From: an uncultured bacterium
GTDB lineage: Bacteria; CSSED10-310; CAZUFC01
NCBI GenBank assembly: GCA_964619725.1
Contig: CAZUFC010000002.1
Coordinates: forward strand, 85,773 to 149,772
Direction of reading: 5' to 3'
DNA: 64,000 bases
Below the pieces are notes generated by a model, which worked only from the letters and a program-made list of their open reading frames with translations, had not been told where the DNA came from and made no database searches. Positions within the stretch are counted from its first letter, which is position 1; every line of letters begins with the position of its first letter. The position numbers and the translations under genes were made by a program. Below, piece after piece: positions 19,829 through 29,706 of this stretch.

Positions 19829-21211
19829 TCAGGGTATGGTTATCCCGGTTTTTGCTGAAGGATCGCTTTCATTGGCTTCAAGTGAATCGTCCACTGCTGT
19901 TATGTAATAGCTGTAAACAAAGCCAGGGCTTACTGCTGCATCCATAAAAGAAGTTTTTTCGATCAGCGTGTCGTTCAATTTTTCATATTCGTCTTCGCCG
20001 GAACGCTTCCTGTAAATATTATAACCGGCTATGTCAGGTTCTCTGGATTTGTTCCATAAGAAACTGACGCCATTCTGAACAGGAACGCCGATAAAGCCGG
20101 TGGGCGGTTCCGGAGTAAAAAGGTCCCTGGTGTTAACGGCTAAAATTTCAGACCTTTCCGAGATTGAGTTTTTATTCATGCCTAACGCCGTAATGTAATA
20201 GTAATAAATCCTATCCATCAAAATGGAAACATCGACGTATTGAGTTTCCTCGAGCAACTTTCTGTTGAGAGGCACCGGCGGAAATTCATCTTTTTTTTCT
20301 GAGCGATACAACAGATACCCCTTGACGGAATCGAACGCGTCTCCTTTGCAATCAGCGCGAACGGTTTCCCAGTTTACAGCAACGGAACTTTGATCGACAG
20401 ATGCCCGAAGCCCCTCTGGAGCAGCGGGGGGCAGAAAATAATTTATATTTACCGTTCGAGACGGATTGCTGTATTTATCCCGAGCATTGACCGACTTGAT
20501 CTGATAAGAATAGGCATACCCTTCCAGCAGATCATCCGGTAAAGTTTTTTCTTCTTGTGCTTCAGCCATTTCTTCAGGATAATCGCCCTCGTCAATAAAA
20601 ACGATTTTTATTCTAGGAATCTTTTTTTTCTTGTCTCCTTCAGCCTTTTCTCCGGATTCGTTCGTATCCGCATCGGATTCCTGTGAACCGGGCAGAAAAG
20701 TGGGAACCGGCGTGGGAGAGATATCCTCAATATATTCGTTCCATCCGACCTTCCCTATCTCTAAAAAGTCAAATTCCGGGGGATAGGGCGTATCCTCCGG
20801 TATGGGAGTCGCCTCCGTCACATTTTCCCGGGATTCATCAATCTCAGGAGATTGAGCGAACTCAGTCGATTCGGAATCATCCTTCGTCTCGGCAAAGGGT
20901 ACGGGCGTATCATGGGGAGCGCCGGGAACCGGCGTCAATTGCGCCTCATCGGTAACTGGGGCGCCTCTTTTCCGGTATACGACGAATTCTTTCAATGCTT
21001 CGATATATGAACCGTCCATATTGTATTGGGGGGCGGTCCAGGTAAGCTTAATGCTGCCGCAGAGCGCTTCCGCCTTAAGGTCGTCAACCGCTTCGGGAAT
21101 TTCAGGTTTCGGTATTATGAGGTCTGCTTTTTTTCCGCAACAGATGGTTAAAAGAAGCAGAAGCAGAGAGTTAAAACAGAGAAAGGCGATTACCCAGCGG
21201 CTTTTTTTCAT
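19829..21211 (-). CDS. Fibronectin type III domain lipoprotein
   Basis: Signal peptide ending LLTICC|GKK, FN3 signatures (LTWTAP, GYLLYRS, YYYYITA, GYNIYRK) and an acidic Pro-rich insertion. Start moved to ATG 21211. Confidence 0.8.
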   Translation of the reverse strand: MKKSRWVIAFLCFNSLLLLLLTICCGKKADLIIPKPEIPEAVDDLKAEALCGSIKLTWTAPQYNMDGSYIEALKEFVVYRKRGAPVTDEAQLTPVPGAPHDTPVPFAETKDDSESTEFAQSPEIDESRENVTEATPIPEDTPYPPEFDFLEIGKVGWNEYIEDISPTPVPTFLPGSQESDADTNESGEKAEGDKKKKIPRIKIVFIDEGDYPEEMAEAQEEKTLPDDLLEGYAYSYQIKSVNARDKYSNPSRTVNINYFLPPAAPEGLRASVDQSSVAVNWETVRADCKGDAFDSVKGYLLYRSEKKDEFPPVPLNRKLLEETQYVDVSILMDRIYYYYITALGMNKNSISERSEILAVNTRDLFTPEPPTGFIGVPVQNGVSFLWNKSREPDIAGYNIYRKRSGEDEYEKLNDTLIEKTSFMDAAVSPGFVYSYYITAVDDSLEANESDPSAKTGITIP

Positions 21212-21215
21212 AAGA

Positions 21216-22613
21216 TCAGTTCTCGCTTTCAACAGCGAATCCCGGTTTTCTCTTTTTACGCACATCCTCAGAAGCCAGGATTTTTTCTATATCCAGCCTG
21301 CTTTTGACGTAATCGATATCGATGACGATTTTTTTCTTCTTCATGTCCGGCGCTTCAAATGAGATGACTTCAAGTAGTTTTTCAATGACTGTATGCAAGC
21401 GGCGAGCTCCTATGTTTTCACTCTGTTCGTTGATCGTCACGGCTCTTGCAGCAATCTCTTTTAATGCATCTTCATTGAATTCCAGCTCGATTCCTTCAGT
21501 CTGCATAAGAGCTTTGTACTGTTTGGTCAGGGCATTTTGCGGTTCTACGAGTATCCTGAACATATCATCTGCGGTCAGGCTTGTTACGTCGACTCGAATG
21601 GGAAACCTTCCCTGGAGTTCGGGAATGAGGTCCGAGGGTTTTGAAACGTTGAAAGCTCCTGCGGCGAGAAATAGAATGTGATCGGTTCTGACCATTCCAT
21701 ATTTTGTGCTCACGGTGGAGCCTTCAATGATGGGGAGCAAGTCTCTCTGCACGCCTTCCCTGGAAACGTCCGGCCCGTGACCGCTTTCCCTGCCCGAAAT
21801 TTTATCCATTTCATCAACGAAAACAATCCCGGTCTGTTCCGCTCGCTCTATCGCCTCATGAACAACCTTATCCATATCGATCAGTTTGGATGCCTCTTCA
21901 TTCGTTAATATTTCAAGAGCTTCCGGAACGGATACTTTACGCCTTTTCTTGTTCTTTTTAAAAAAGCCCGGCAGCATGTCCTTCATCTGCATGCCTATCT
22001 CCTCAATACCGGAACTGGAAAAAATCTCGATCATTCCTCCATACTGATCCTGAGCGTCTATCTCCACCATACGCTTGTCGAAAACTCCCTTTTTCAAAGC
22101 TTCCTTGACTTTTTTCCTTCTTTCGTTTTCCCGCTTTTCCCGTTCTGTAATTTCCGCTGAGTTGAATTTTTCATCCTCCTGGTCCTGCTTCTCAAAACTC
22201 CTTGGAAAAAGCAAATCCAGCAAACGTTCTTCAGCCATCTCCCGGGCCGTGTCCTGAATTCTTTCCTGAAATTCGCCTTTGACTATGTTAACCGAAAGGT
22301 CCACCAGGTCTCTGACCATGGATTCGACATCCCGGCCTACATAACCCACTTCAGTAAATTTAGACGCTTCGACTTTCACAAACGGCGACTTCGTCATTTT
22401 GGAGATGCGTCGAGCTATTTCTGTTTTTCCTATGCCGGTAGGACCGATTAATATAATATTTTTAGGAAAAATTTCTTCCTGCATTTCTTTGGACAACTGC
22501 TGCCTTCGCCAGCGATTTCTTAATGCCGTCGCAACGGCCTTTTTTGCATCGTTTTGACCAACAATGAATTTATCCAGTTGTTTGACGATATCTTTAGGTT
22601 TCATGGCTTCCAT
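21216..22613 (-). CDS. hslU: HslU/ClpY AAA+ ATPase (atypical C-terminus)
   Basis: [70 protein letters not shown]. Confidence 0.96.
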   Translation of the reverse strand: MEAMKPKDIVKQLDKFIVGQNDAKKAVATALRNRWRRQQLSKEMQEEIFPKNIILIGPTGIGKTEIARRISKMTKSPFVKVEASKFTEVGYVGRDVESMVRDLVDLSVNIVKGEFQERIQDTAREMAEERLLDLLFPRSFEKQDQEDEKFNSAEITEREKRENERRKKVKEALKKGVFDKRMVEIDAQDQYGGMIEIFSSSGIEEIGMQMKDMLPGFFKKNKKRRKVSVPEALEILTNEEASKLIDMDKVVHEAIERAEQTGIVFVDEMDKISGRESGHGPDVSREGVQRDLLPIIEGSTVSTKYGMVRTDHILFLAAGAFNVSKPSDLIPELQGRFPIRVDVTSLTADDMFRILVEPQNALTKQYKALMQTEGIELEFNEDALKEIAARAVTINEQSENIGARRLHTVIEKLLEVISFEAPDMKKKKIVIDIDYVKSRLDIEKILASEDVRKKRKPGFAVESEN

Positions 22614-22689
22614 TTATCTTTTCCTTCCGATGAAAAATAGTAATGACCGCTTTCAAGCCGGAAAAATTATAACAAATCGGTCAACAGCT

Positions 22690-23643
22690 TCAAGTAGCCG
22701 CCGAATGCTTGCCGGCTTTCGGATGCGTCGCGTTATAAACTTTCATAAGTCGATGAATATCGATATGCGTATATTTCTGTGTCGTGGAAAGACTTTCATG
22801 TCCCAAAAGCTCCTGGACCGATTTTAAATCCGCTCCAGCCTCCAGCAGGTGAGTGGCGAAAGAATGACGCATGGTATGAGGCGTTACATGTTCCGTTATC
22901 CCCAGTTTGAGACTACATTTCCTGACTACTCTCCTTACGCTGCGGCTGCTTAACCTGCTGCCCCTGTAATTCAGAAACAGAGGCTCCTGAAGTTCCGGGT
23001 CACGGCAACGCTTTCTTAGTTCAAGTCTATGAGGAAGATACGCGCTGAGGGATTCTGCCGCCAGTTTTCCAAAAGGAGCTAACCGTTCTTTCCTTCCTTT
23101 TCCCCTGATAAGCGCCGTATTTTCCGCCAGGTCTACGTCCTGAAGGTTCAGGCCCGTCAATTCGGAAACGCGGATACCCGTGCCGTATAAAAATTCCAGA
23201 ATAGCCAGATTCCTGGAGCCCAGAGGAACGTCCGATTCCTCTTGAGCGGTCTCCAGCAGGGAATTCAGTCGAGCGAGCGTCAGGAACGTCGGTATTTTCT
23301 TGTCTTTTTTAGGCGAACTGGCCGTCAGCGCCGGGTCTCTGACAACATGCCCCCTGCGGCGAAGAAATTTAAAAAATGATCTAAGGGCCGCCAGTTTTCG
23401 TTCTATCGTACTCTTTTTTTTTCTTTTCGTGTAAAGCCAGCCGAGATAAGTGCGAATCGTGTAATACGAAATTTCATTCCAATCCGGTTCGTTTTCTATA
23501 ATTTTGATCATCCCGGAATCAGCCGAAAACTTTATAAACTCCTGCAGATCGGAACGATAAGAACGAATCGTATGCGCGGAAGCGTTCTTTTCGTTTTTCA
23601 GGTAATCCAGAAAATGATCGAGATATGGTTTTTCCTTACCCAT
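22690..23643 (-). CDS. xerC: Tyrosine recombinase XerC
   Basis: GIRVSEL, GKGRKER, HTMRHSFATHLL, LLGH...TTQKYTH catalytic residues; between topA and hslU. Confidence 0.93.
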   Translation of the reverse strand: MGKEKPYLDHFLDYLKNEKNASAHTIRSYRSDLQEFIKFSADSGMIKIIENEPDWNEISYYTIRTYLGWLYTKRKKKSTIERKLAALRSFFKFLRRRGHVVRDPALTASSPKKDKKIPTFLTLARLNSLLETAQEESDVPLGSRNLAILEFLYGTGIRVSELTGLNLQDVDLAENTALIRGKGRKERLAPFGKLAAESLSAYLPHRLELRKRCRDPELQEPLFLNYRGSRLSSRSVRRVVRKCSLKLGITEHVTPHTMRHSFATHLLEAGADLKSVQELLGHESLSTTQKYTHIDIHRLMKVYNATHPKAGKHSAAT

Positions 23644-23646
23644 ATT

Positions 23647-25902
23647 TTATTCTTCTTCAAAAGGGCGTGAAAAGGAACACTGTTTGTTCGGGCACTTGAG
23701 AAGCGGTTTTTTGTTTTTTCTCCTGGCAAGCACGAGAAACGGATGACCGCAGTCCGGACATTTTTCTTTATAAGGCATTTGCCTGATGGTATAGCGGCAT
23801 TCAGGATATTTGGAACAACCGTAAAAAGTGAAACCTTTTCGCCCTTTTCGTTCGATCAACTCGCCGTCGCATTCGGGTTTCGGGCAGGAAACGCCTGTCT
23901 TCACTGGTTCGGTATAGCGGCAATCGGGAAAAGCGGAGCAGGCTACGAAACGGCCGAATCGTCCCGACTTTACTACCAGCTCGCCTTCGCATTCAGGACA
24001 TTTCCGGTCGATTTTCTCATCCAGCTTCGGCGCCGGCTTGCCTGATTCCGTCCTTTGATAATTCATCGTGTGGGTACATTCCGGAAACCCGGAGCAGGCC
24101 AGAAAAGGTCCGCTCCTTCCGTACTTGATGAGCATCGTTTTGCCGCATTTTTGGCAGGTAATATCAGTTTTCGCCCATTCATTATCCGATTTCGTCAAAT
24201 TCTCCTCCGCCTTATGCAAATTTCCAATGAAATTCTTATAAAAGGAAGAGACAGAATCTTTCCAGTTCAATTTGCCGGCCTCGATCAAATCCAATTCCTT
24301 TTCCAAAGCCGCTGTAAATTTGACATCCATTAAATTAGGAAAATATTCAACCAGCACGTCAGCGACGAACATCCCCAGTTCCGTCGGCAAATATTTCTGT
24401 TTGTGAAATTCCACGTATTGCCTGTTGCGTAATATCTGCAGAATTACGGCATAAGTCGAGGGCCTGCCGATTGCCTGCTCCTCCAGCTCCTTGACCAACG
24501 ATGCTTCCGAAAAACGGGGCGGCGGTTTCGTAAAATTCTGAGTCGGAGTGATTCCTGTGACTCCCAGTTCTTCCCCCTTTTTAATTTCAGGAAATTTAAC
24601 CGTTTCTGTCTTGTCGTCCGCTTTTTTAGAGGCTGAAGAATCTGAATAAACCTTTGTAAAGCCGTCAAATACCGTTTTGATTCCTTCCGCTTTCAGTTCA
24701 TAGGGTCCGGAAACGATCCTGACGGTTTTTTGTTCCAGTTTCATCGGCGACATCTGACTGGCCAGGAACCGATTCCATATCAATTTATACAACCGTAATT
24801 CCATCGTATCCAAATAAGGAGCAACAACGTCCGGCGTCAATTCGAGCGATGTGGGACGAATAGCCTCATGAGCTTCCTGAGCGCTTTTACGGCTTTTATA
24901 GGAAGGCGGCCGTGCGGGCAAATATTCGGCCCCGTATTGCTCTTTAATATAATCCCTTCCGGCTTTCACGATTTCCTTGCTCAACCGTGGAGAATCAGTT
25001 CTCATGTAGGTTATTAATCCCGTGGTTCCGTGCTCACCCAAATCCTTACCTTCATAGAGGTTCTGAGCCAGGCGCATTATACGGTTGGCCCCTGTTCTTA
25101 ATTTCCTTATCCCTTCCTGCTGAAGGGTGCTGGTTATGAAAGGGGCTGCAGGTTTTCTCTTAACCGGCTTCGATTCAACCGACTTAACGAAACATCCGCT
25201 TTTTTTAATCGCTTCGACTATTTCATGCGCCGTCTTCTCATCGGGAACCTTGAACTTTTTCCCCTCTTTCTTATCCAGTTTAGCTTTGAATTTAGGAGGT
25301 TCAGACGCTTCCAATTCCACCTCAATCGTCCAGTATTCCTCAGGCACAAAGGCCCGTATCTCCTTTTCACGGTCGCATATCAACCGCAATGCAACCGACT
25401 GAACACGCCCTGCGCTCAATCCCCTCTGAACCTTCTTCCACAAAAGCGGACTCAATTTATATCCCACGATTCTGTCCAGTACTCGCCTCGCCTGCTGCGC
25501 ATTAACCTTGTTCATGTCAATGGACTTCGACTCCTCAAATGCCCGCATAACCGAATTGCTCGTAATCTCATGAAATAAAACCCGCATTATCTTCGGGTTC
25601 GCTTCATCCAGCAAATCATGCAAATGCTTGCATATGGCCTCTCCTTCCCTGTCAGGGTCCGAAGCCAAATATATCCTGTCCGTCTTTTGGGATATCTCCT
25701 TTAATTCATCTACGGTCTTTCTCTGTTTCTGTATCATTAGATATTCGGGTTCAAAGTTTTGTTCAATGTCAATGCCGAAACGTTTTTTCGGCAAATCCAT
25801 CACGTGCCCCTTCGAAGCACGAACGATATACTCCTTTCCCAATATCTTGTTGATTGTTTTTGCCTTGGTCGGCGATTCGACTATTACTAATGATTTCGTC
25901 AT
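23647..25902 (-). CDS. topA: DNA topoisomerase I with C-terminal zinc ribbons
   Basis: LVIVESPTKAKTI, DPDREGE, SAGRVQS, ITYMRTDS, four C4 zinc-ribbon repeats. Confidence 0.97.
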   Translation of the reverse strand: MTKSLVIVESPTKAKTINKILGKEYIVRASKGHVMDLPKKRFGIDIEQNFEPEYLMIQKQRKTVDELKEISQKTDRIYLASDPDREGEAICKHLHDLLDEANPKIMRVLFHEITSNSVMRAFEESKSIDMNKVNAQQARRVLDRIVGYKLSPLLWKKVQRGLSAGRVQSVALRLICDREKEIRAFVPEEYWTIEVELEASEPPKFKAKLDKKEGKKFKVPDEKTAHEIVEAIKKSGCFVKSVESKPVKRKPAAPFITSTLQQEGIRKLRTGANRIMRLAQNLYEGKDLGEHGTTGLITYMRTDSPRLSKEIVKAGRDYIKEQYGAEYLPARPPSYKSRKSAQEAHEAIRPTSLELTPDVVAPYLDTMELRLYKLIWNRFLASQMSPMKLEQKTVRIVSGPYELKAEGIKTVFDGFTKVYSDSSASKKADDKTETVKFPEIKKGEELGVTGITPTQNFTKPPPRFSEASLVKELEEQAIGRPSTYAVILQILRNRQYVEFHKQKYLPTELGMFVADVLVEYFPNLMDVKFTAALEKELDLIEAGKLNWKDSVSSFYKNFIGNLHKAEENLTKSDNEWAKTDITCQKCGKTMLIKYGRSGPFLACSGFPECTHTMNYQRTESGKPAPKLDEKIDRKCPECEGELVVKSGRFGRFVACSAFPDCRYTEPVKTGVSCPKPECDGELIERKGRKGFTFYGCSKYPECRYTIRQMPYKEKCPDCGHPFLVLARRKNKKPLLKCPNKQCSFSRPFEEE

Positions 25903-25954
25903 TCCCGCTCCTCTTTGGGTTTCGTGAACACTTCAATTCCTCGCCTGTTCTCTC

Positions 25955-27115
25955 TTACATGATTCGAGATCGTTTGACAAATTTTTTTCCCGGCAACTGT
26001 TGAATCAATCCCCTCAATTCCAGTTCCGTCAGTATCCCTAAAGTCTTCGCCGAAGAATAAGGCACACGCTCCAATATCTCATCAAAAAACAAAGTTTCCT
26101 CTCCGATTGCCTCATACACTTCGGAATAAGGACTTTTTAAACTCACCGCTTCCTTGCCTTGCCCTCTATCGCCCTTCTCACGCTTCTCTTCCAGCGCTAT
26201 CTGCGGCAATATTTCCTCGAAAATATCTTCAACCTTATAGACCAGTTTCGCTCCTGATTTTATTAAATTGTGACAACCTTCAGCCGCGGAAGAATCGATC
26301 CGCCCCGGCACAGCGAACACCTCTCGATCCTGGTCCAAAGCCGTGGATGCCGTAATCAAGGCGCCGCTGCGAGCCGGCGCCTCAACGACGACCACCCCCA
26401 GACTTAATCCGCTTATTATCCTGTTTCTGATCGGGAAATTTCCCGGATAAGGCGCCATATTCATGCGGAATTCGGTCAAAACCGCGCCTTTTTCGGCAAT
26501 CCGCTTCCTCAATTCCTGGTTTTCCCTGGGATAGTTCGCATTCAGACCGCAACCGAGAACCGCTACGGTTCTGCCGCCTGCGGCCACGGCCCCCTTGTGC
26601 GCCGCCGTATCGATTCCTCGGGCCATACCGCTTACGACCGTTATGCCGTTTGATGCAATCTGATACGCCAACTCATAAGCCGTCTTCATTCCGTATTCCG
26701 AGGCTCGCCGTGAACCGACCAAAGCGACGGCGTTACGGTCCTCCGCCTTCAAATCCCCCTCATAATAAAACAATACCGGCGGATCATAGATACGTTTTAA
26801 AAGCAAAGGGTAATCCGGATCAGTCCATACCGCCGCGTCAGCCCTGCTTTCAAAAAACAGCTTCAGTTCCCGGTCCAATTCACGACTCTTATAAAAATCA
26901 AAAAGAACATTCACATGAAATGAATTAAATCCTTGAATTTTCATCAACTCAGATTTACCGGCCCTGAAAATTTCTCCCGCCTCCTCGAAAATCTCAACCA
27001 ATCTCATCTTGCGTCTTCGCCCCAGACGCGGACATAAATGCAGCGCCAACCACGGCCTCGTCTTATTTTCGTCCCGCCTTACGCTCGCCTTCAGTGTTCG
27101 TTCATGCTCCGCCAT
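25955..27115 (-). CDS. dprA: DNA processing protein DprA
   Basis: ALVGSR, VSGMARGID, FPIRNRIISGLS, SGALITA, VFAVPG, C-terminal LTELELRG. Confidence 0.96.
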   Translation of the reverse strand: MAEHERTLKASVRRDENKTRPWLALHLCPRLGRRRKMRLVEIFEEAGEIFRAGKSELMKIQGFNSFHVNVLFDFYKSRELDRELKLFFESRADAAVWTDPDYPLLLKRIYDPPVLFYYEGDLKAEDRNAVALVGSRRASEYGMKTAYELAYQIASNGITVVSGMARGIDTAAHKGAVAAGGRTVAVLGCGLNANYPRENQELRKRIAEKGAVLTEFRMNMAPYPGNFPIRNRIISGLSLGVVVVEAPARSGALITASTALDQDREVFAVPGRIDSSAAEGCHNLIKSGAKLVYKVEDIFEEILPQIALEEKREKGDRGQGKEAVSLKSPYSEVYEAIGEETLFFDEILERVPYSSAKTLGILTELELRGLIQQLPGKKFVKRSRIM

Positions 27116-27135
27116 GACTAATCGTCCTATCCAAA

Positions 27136-27169
27136 AAAAGGACCTTTTTCTGCAGAAAAAGGTCCTTTT
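27136..27169. terminator. Perfect 34-bp palindrome, probable intrinsic terminator downstream of the LysM gene
   Basis: AAAAGGACCTTTTTCTGCAGAAAAAGGTCCTTTT is its own reverse complement; a T run follows on the minus strand. Confidence 0.75.
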
Positions 27170-27189
27170 CGAGTTTAAAAAGGGTACTA

Positions 27190-28320
27190 CTATTTCATCA
27201 ACTGAACTGAGTCGCCGATGAATATAGGTAATCTGCTTTCAATGATGAAAGCTGTCGCCGTCTTTTCCTGGGTTTTCAGCACTGCAGCCTTGCCGGCGTA
27301 TATCCTGGGAAGGTTGCGTTCAGCGTGCATGTTCGAATAGATTACGAAAACGTCTCCGGGCACGACATTATCCTGACTGCCCACATCGAGGTACACGGGT
27401 GCGCCTTCCGCCAACAAAACGGAATCCGTGTTGTGTAATCCTGCCTGCTCGCAGTCCGCTATATAACCCGGTATCTGCCCGGAAGGTTCCGTACATATGT
27501 CATAGCCTCTTTTCATTTCCAGAACAGGGACTTCCATCTCGTAATATGGAATTAACACATCGCCCATGTGAATGCTGGTGAAAGATTTTTCCAGTAATAC
27601 CGTGGACGTGTTTTCCTGAGTGCACAAAACCATTCCTTCTCCTACAAACAGCGTAAGCCATCCCAGAAATTTATCCGTAACAGGATGATATGACTTGCGT
27701 TCATTCCTTATCACATAGAAACGGTCGCCGGCCGAAATGCCCTGAGCGCTTCCCTTATCGATATAGCATATATCTCTTTCCGAACCGTCAAAAATGGGCA
27801 ATTCAAAGTCCAGAATGCTGGGCCCTTTCGCTTTTTTGGGCATAATGTATCCGCTCTTTATCATTATACTTCGACCCACTACAGGCAGCTTATCAGGCGT
27901 AACTCTCGCTCCCGGAAACAGCTCTTCCTCTTCTCCTTCTTCCGGCATGCCCTCTTCAGCATCCGCCACCTCTTCCGTCGGCATCGGACCGCCGGCAGAG
28001 GCCAGAAGCTTTATTTCCTGACCCGGATAAATCAAATGCGGATTGGAAATTTCATCCATGTTCGCATCCCATATTAACGGCCAGAGAAACGGGTCGTTCA
28101 AATATCTTGCCGTTATGTCCCATAATGTGTCTCCCGATACTACCGTGTGAGTCTCCGGAATGTCCGCAGGAATGACTACTTCATCTCGCGGAACAGGAAG
28201 CTTGTAAGTAATGCCGCCGTAAGTCCAGCTCTCCTGCCCGTAAGACGACGATATCATCGTACCTGCCCCTACCGCCAACACACAAATCACCGCCAAAAAT
28301 CTTACGCTTATTAAATTCAT
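27190..28320 (-). CDS. LysM peptidoglycan-binding protein, TsaP-like
   Basis: Signal peptide, HTVVSGDTLWDITARYLNDPFLWPLIW...NPHLIYPG, C-terminal beta domains; upstream of dprA as is common for tsaP-like genes. Confidence 0.8.
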   Translation of the reverse strand: MNLISVRFLAVICVLAVGAGTMISSSYGQESWTYGGITYKLPVPRDEVVIPADIPETHTVVSGDTLWDITARYLNDPFLWPLIWDANMDEISNPHLIYPGQEIKLLASAGGPMPTEEVADAEEGMPEEGEEEELFPGARVTPDKLPVVGRSIMIKSGYIMPKKAKGPSILDFELPIFDGSERDICYIDKGSAQGISAGDRFYVIRNERKSYHPVTDKFLGWLTLFVGEGMVLCTQENTSTVLLEKSFTSIHMGDVLIPYYEMEVPVLEMKRGYDICTEPSGQIPGYIADCEQAGLHNTDSVLLAEGAPVYLDVGSQDNVVPGDVFVIYSNMHAERNLPRIYAGKAAVLKTQEKTATAFIIESRLPIFIGDSVQLMK

Positions 28321-28351
28321 TAGTCAGCATTCCTCCTCTTCATTGATGCAA

Positions 28352-29137
28352 CTAAGGTTTAGATGCATCCTCATTTTGTTCCTCTTTACCCGATATACTC
28401 TTCAAAAAATTCTCAGCAACGGATGCAGTTTCCGTATCCTGATATTCACTCATCAAATATTCCAGTATCTCGGACGCCTTATCGTCATTGCCCAGTTCAT
28501 GATGACTGCGCGCCGTCAGCAAATAAGCCTCAGGAGTAAATGGCGATTCAGGATAACTTGTCGCCAAATTCGTCATCACTTCTACGGCCCGGTAATAGTC
28601 CCCCTGCTGATAATACGCTTCGCCTACCCGGTACCTGGCCTCGGGAACCACATCGCTCTCGGGATATAATGCCGTGAGCTCCTCAAATCCGATTATCGCC
28701 TGACTATACTTCTTCGCCTTCAAATTGCTCATCGCTCTCCCGAAAATAGACTCCTCAGTTACTGCCGGACTCGCCTCAACCTCGATCCTTGTCCGGTCAG
28801 ACGACGCTCCTCCGCGAAGCTCGCCTTCATCGACTGATCCGATCGCCTCTGTTCCCGTGAGCGATATCAGTTTTTTCATTAATATGTCGGTACGATTCCG
28901 TTCCGCCAATATCCGGTTCGACAACCGCTCATCAGTTTGCTCCAAAACGTCCGTCCTTTCCTTCAGTTCATCCTGCTGAGTCTTCAACTTCGTGATTTCT
29001 TCCTGTAACTTCTCAACTTCCGATTCTAATCCTCCTATTCTGCCGGAATAACAAGATTGAAAATTCAAAGCGCCTGAGACGACCATTACGATTACTCCGG
29101 CAACACTTAACCACCTTTCATGATTCGTCGCTTTCAT
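28352..29137 (-). CDS. CpoB/YbgF-like coiled-coil + TPR protein
   Basis: N-terminal hydrophobic segment with Cys, coiled coil, TPRs (YPESDVVPEARYRVGEAYY, YPESPFTPEAYL). Start moved to ATG 29137 because the TTG at 29215 lies inside the promoter. Confidence 0.72.
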   Translation of the reverse strand: MKATNHERWLSVAGVIVMVVSGALNFQSCYSGRIGGLESEVEKLQEEITKLKTQQDELKERTDVLEQTDERLSNRILAERNRTDILMKKLISLTGTEAIGSVDEGELRGGASSDRTRIEVEASPAVTEESIFGRAMSNLKAKKYSQAIIGFEELTALYPESDVVPEARYRVGEAYYQQGDYYRAVEVMTNLATSYPESPFTPEAYLLTARSHHELGNDDKASEILEYLMSEYQDTETASVAENFLKSISGKEEQNEDASKP

Positions 29138-29205
29138 TCCATAGAACCTGCACTTTTCGCATCTGAACTGCTGGAATTCTTCACAAGAACATAAGTACAA
29201 AAAGA

Positions 29206-29234
29206 ATCCTAGCAAACGGATGATCGTTTGTCAA
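29206..29234 (-). promoter_or_regulatory. Sigma-70 promoter for the CpoB-like/LysM genes
   Basis: TTGACA (29234-29229), 17 bp, TAGGAT with an extended TG. Confidence 0.6.
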
Positions 29235-29322
29235 GAATAAAACGTTCTGCGTCGGACCTCGACAGATCATATCAACAAATTACGAAAGAAAATTGCGATG
29301 TTGCTTATTAAAGGATCAACCC

Positions 29323-29374
29323 TTAGACCGGCCCAGCCCTTCAATCATTTAGACCGGCCCAGCCCTTCAATCAT
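29323..29374. repeat. Exact 26-bp tandem duplication overlapping the ihfB stop codon
   Basis: TTAGACCGGCCCAGCCCTTCAATCAT at 29323-29348 and 29349-29374. Confidence 0.9.
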
Positions 29375-29652
29375 TCAGCCTGATCGATCATATTCCTGAA
29401 ATCTTTACCGGGCTTGAAATAAGGCACTTTTTTTTCTTCAATGTGAACGGTGGCCCCGCTTTTAGGGTTTCTGCCGATTCTGGCATTTCTCACTTTGAGC
29501 CTGAAACTTCCGAATCCACGAAGTTCAACTTTTTCGCCTTTCACGAGAGATTGCTTTATTGAATCAAAAAAAGTGTTAACTACGACTGAAGTTTGTTTAA
29601 CAGTAAGATCCAGTTTTTCGGATAACTTTGAAATAAATTCGATTTTCGTCAT
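29371..29652 (-). CDS. ihfB: Integration host factor beta / HU-family protein
   Basis: MTKIEFI...VELRGFGSF...RIGRNPKSG...VPYFKPGK. Start ATG 29652 with AGGAG RBS. Confidence 0.85.
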   Translation of the reverse strand: MTKIEFISKLSEKLDLTVKQTSVVVNTFFDSIKQSLVKGEKVELRGFGSFRLKVRNARIGRNPKSGATVHIEEKKVPYFKPGKDFRNMIDQAE

Positions 29653-29706
29653 CAATCGGCTCCTTTCTGACCTCCGCTCGGGTAAGTTCCCAGAGAATGA
29701 TTTTCC

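Noticed and set aside
22690-23643. Tyrosine recombinase as a phage or integron integrase serving the attC
   Set aside because: Housekeeping topA-xerC-hslU context, and no IntI-specific insertion is evident.
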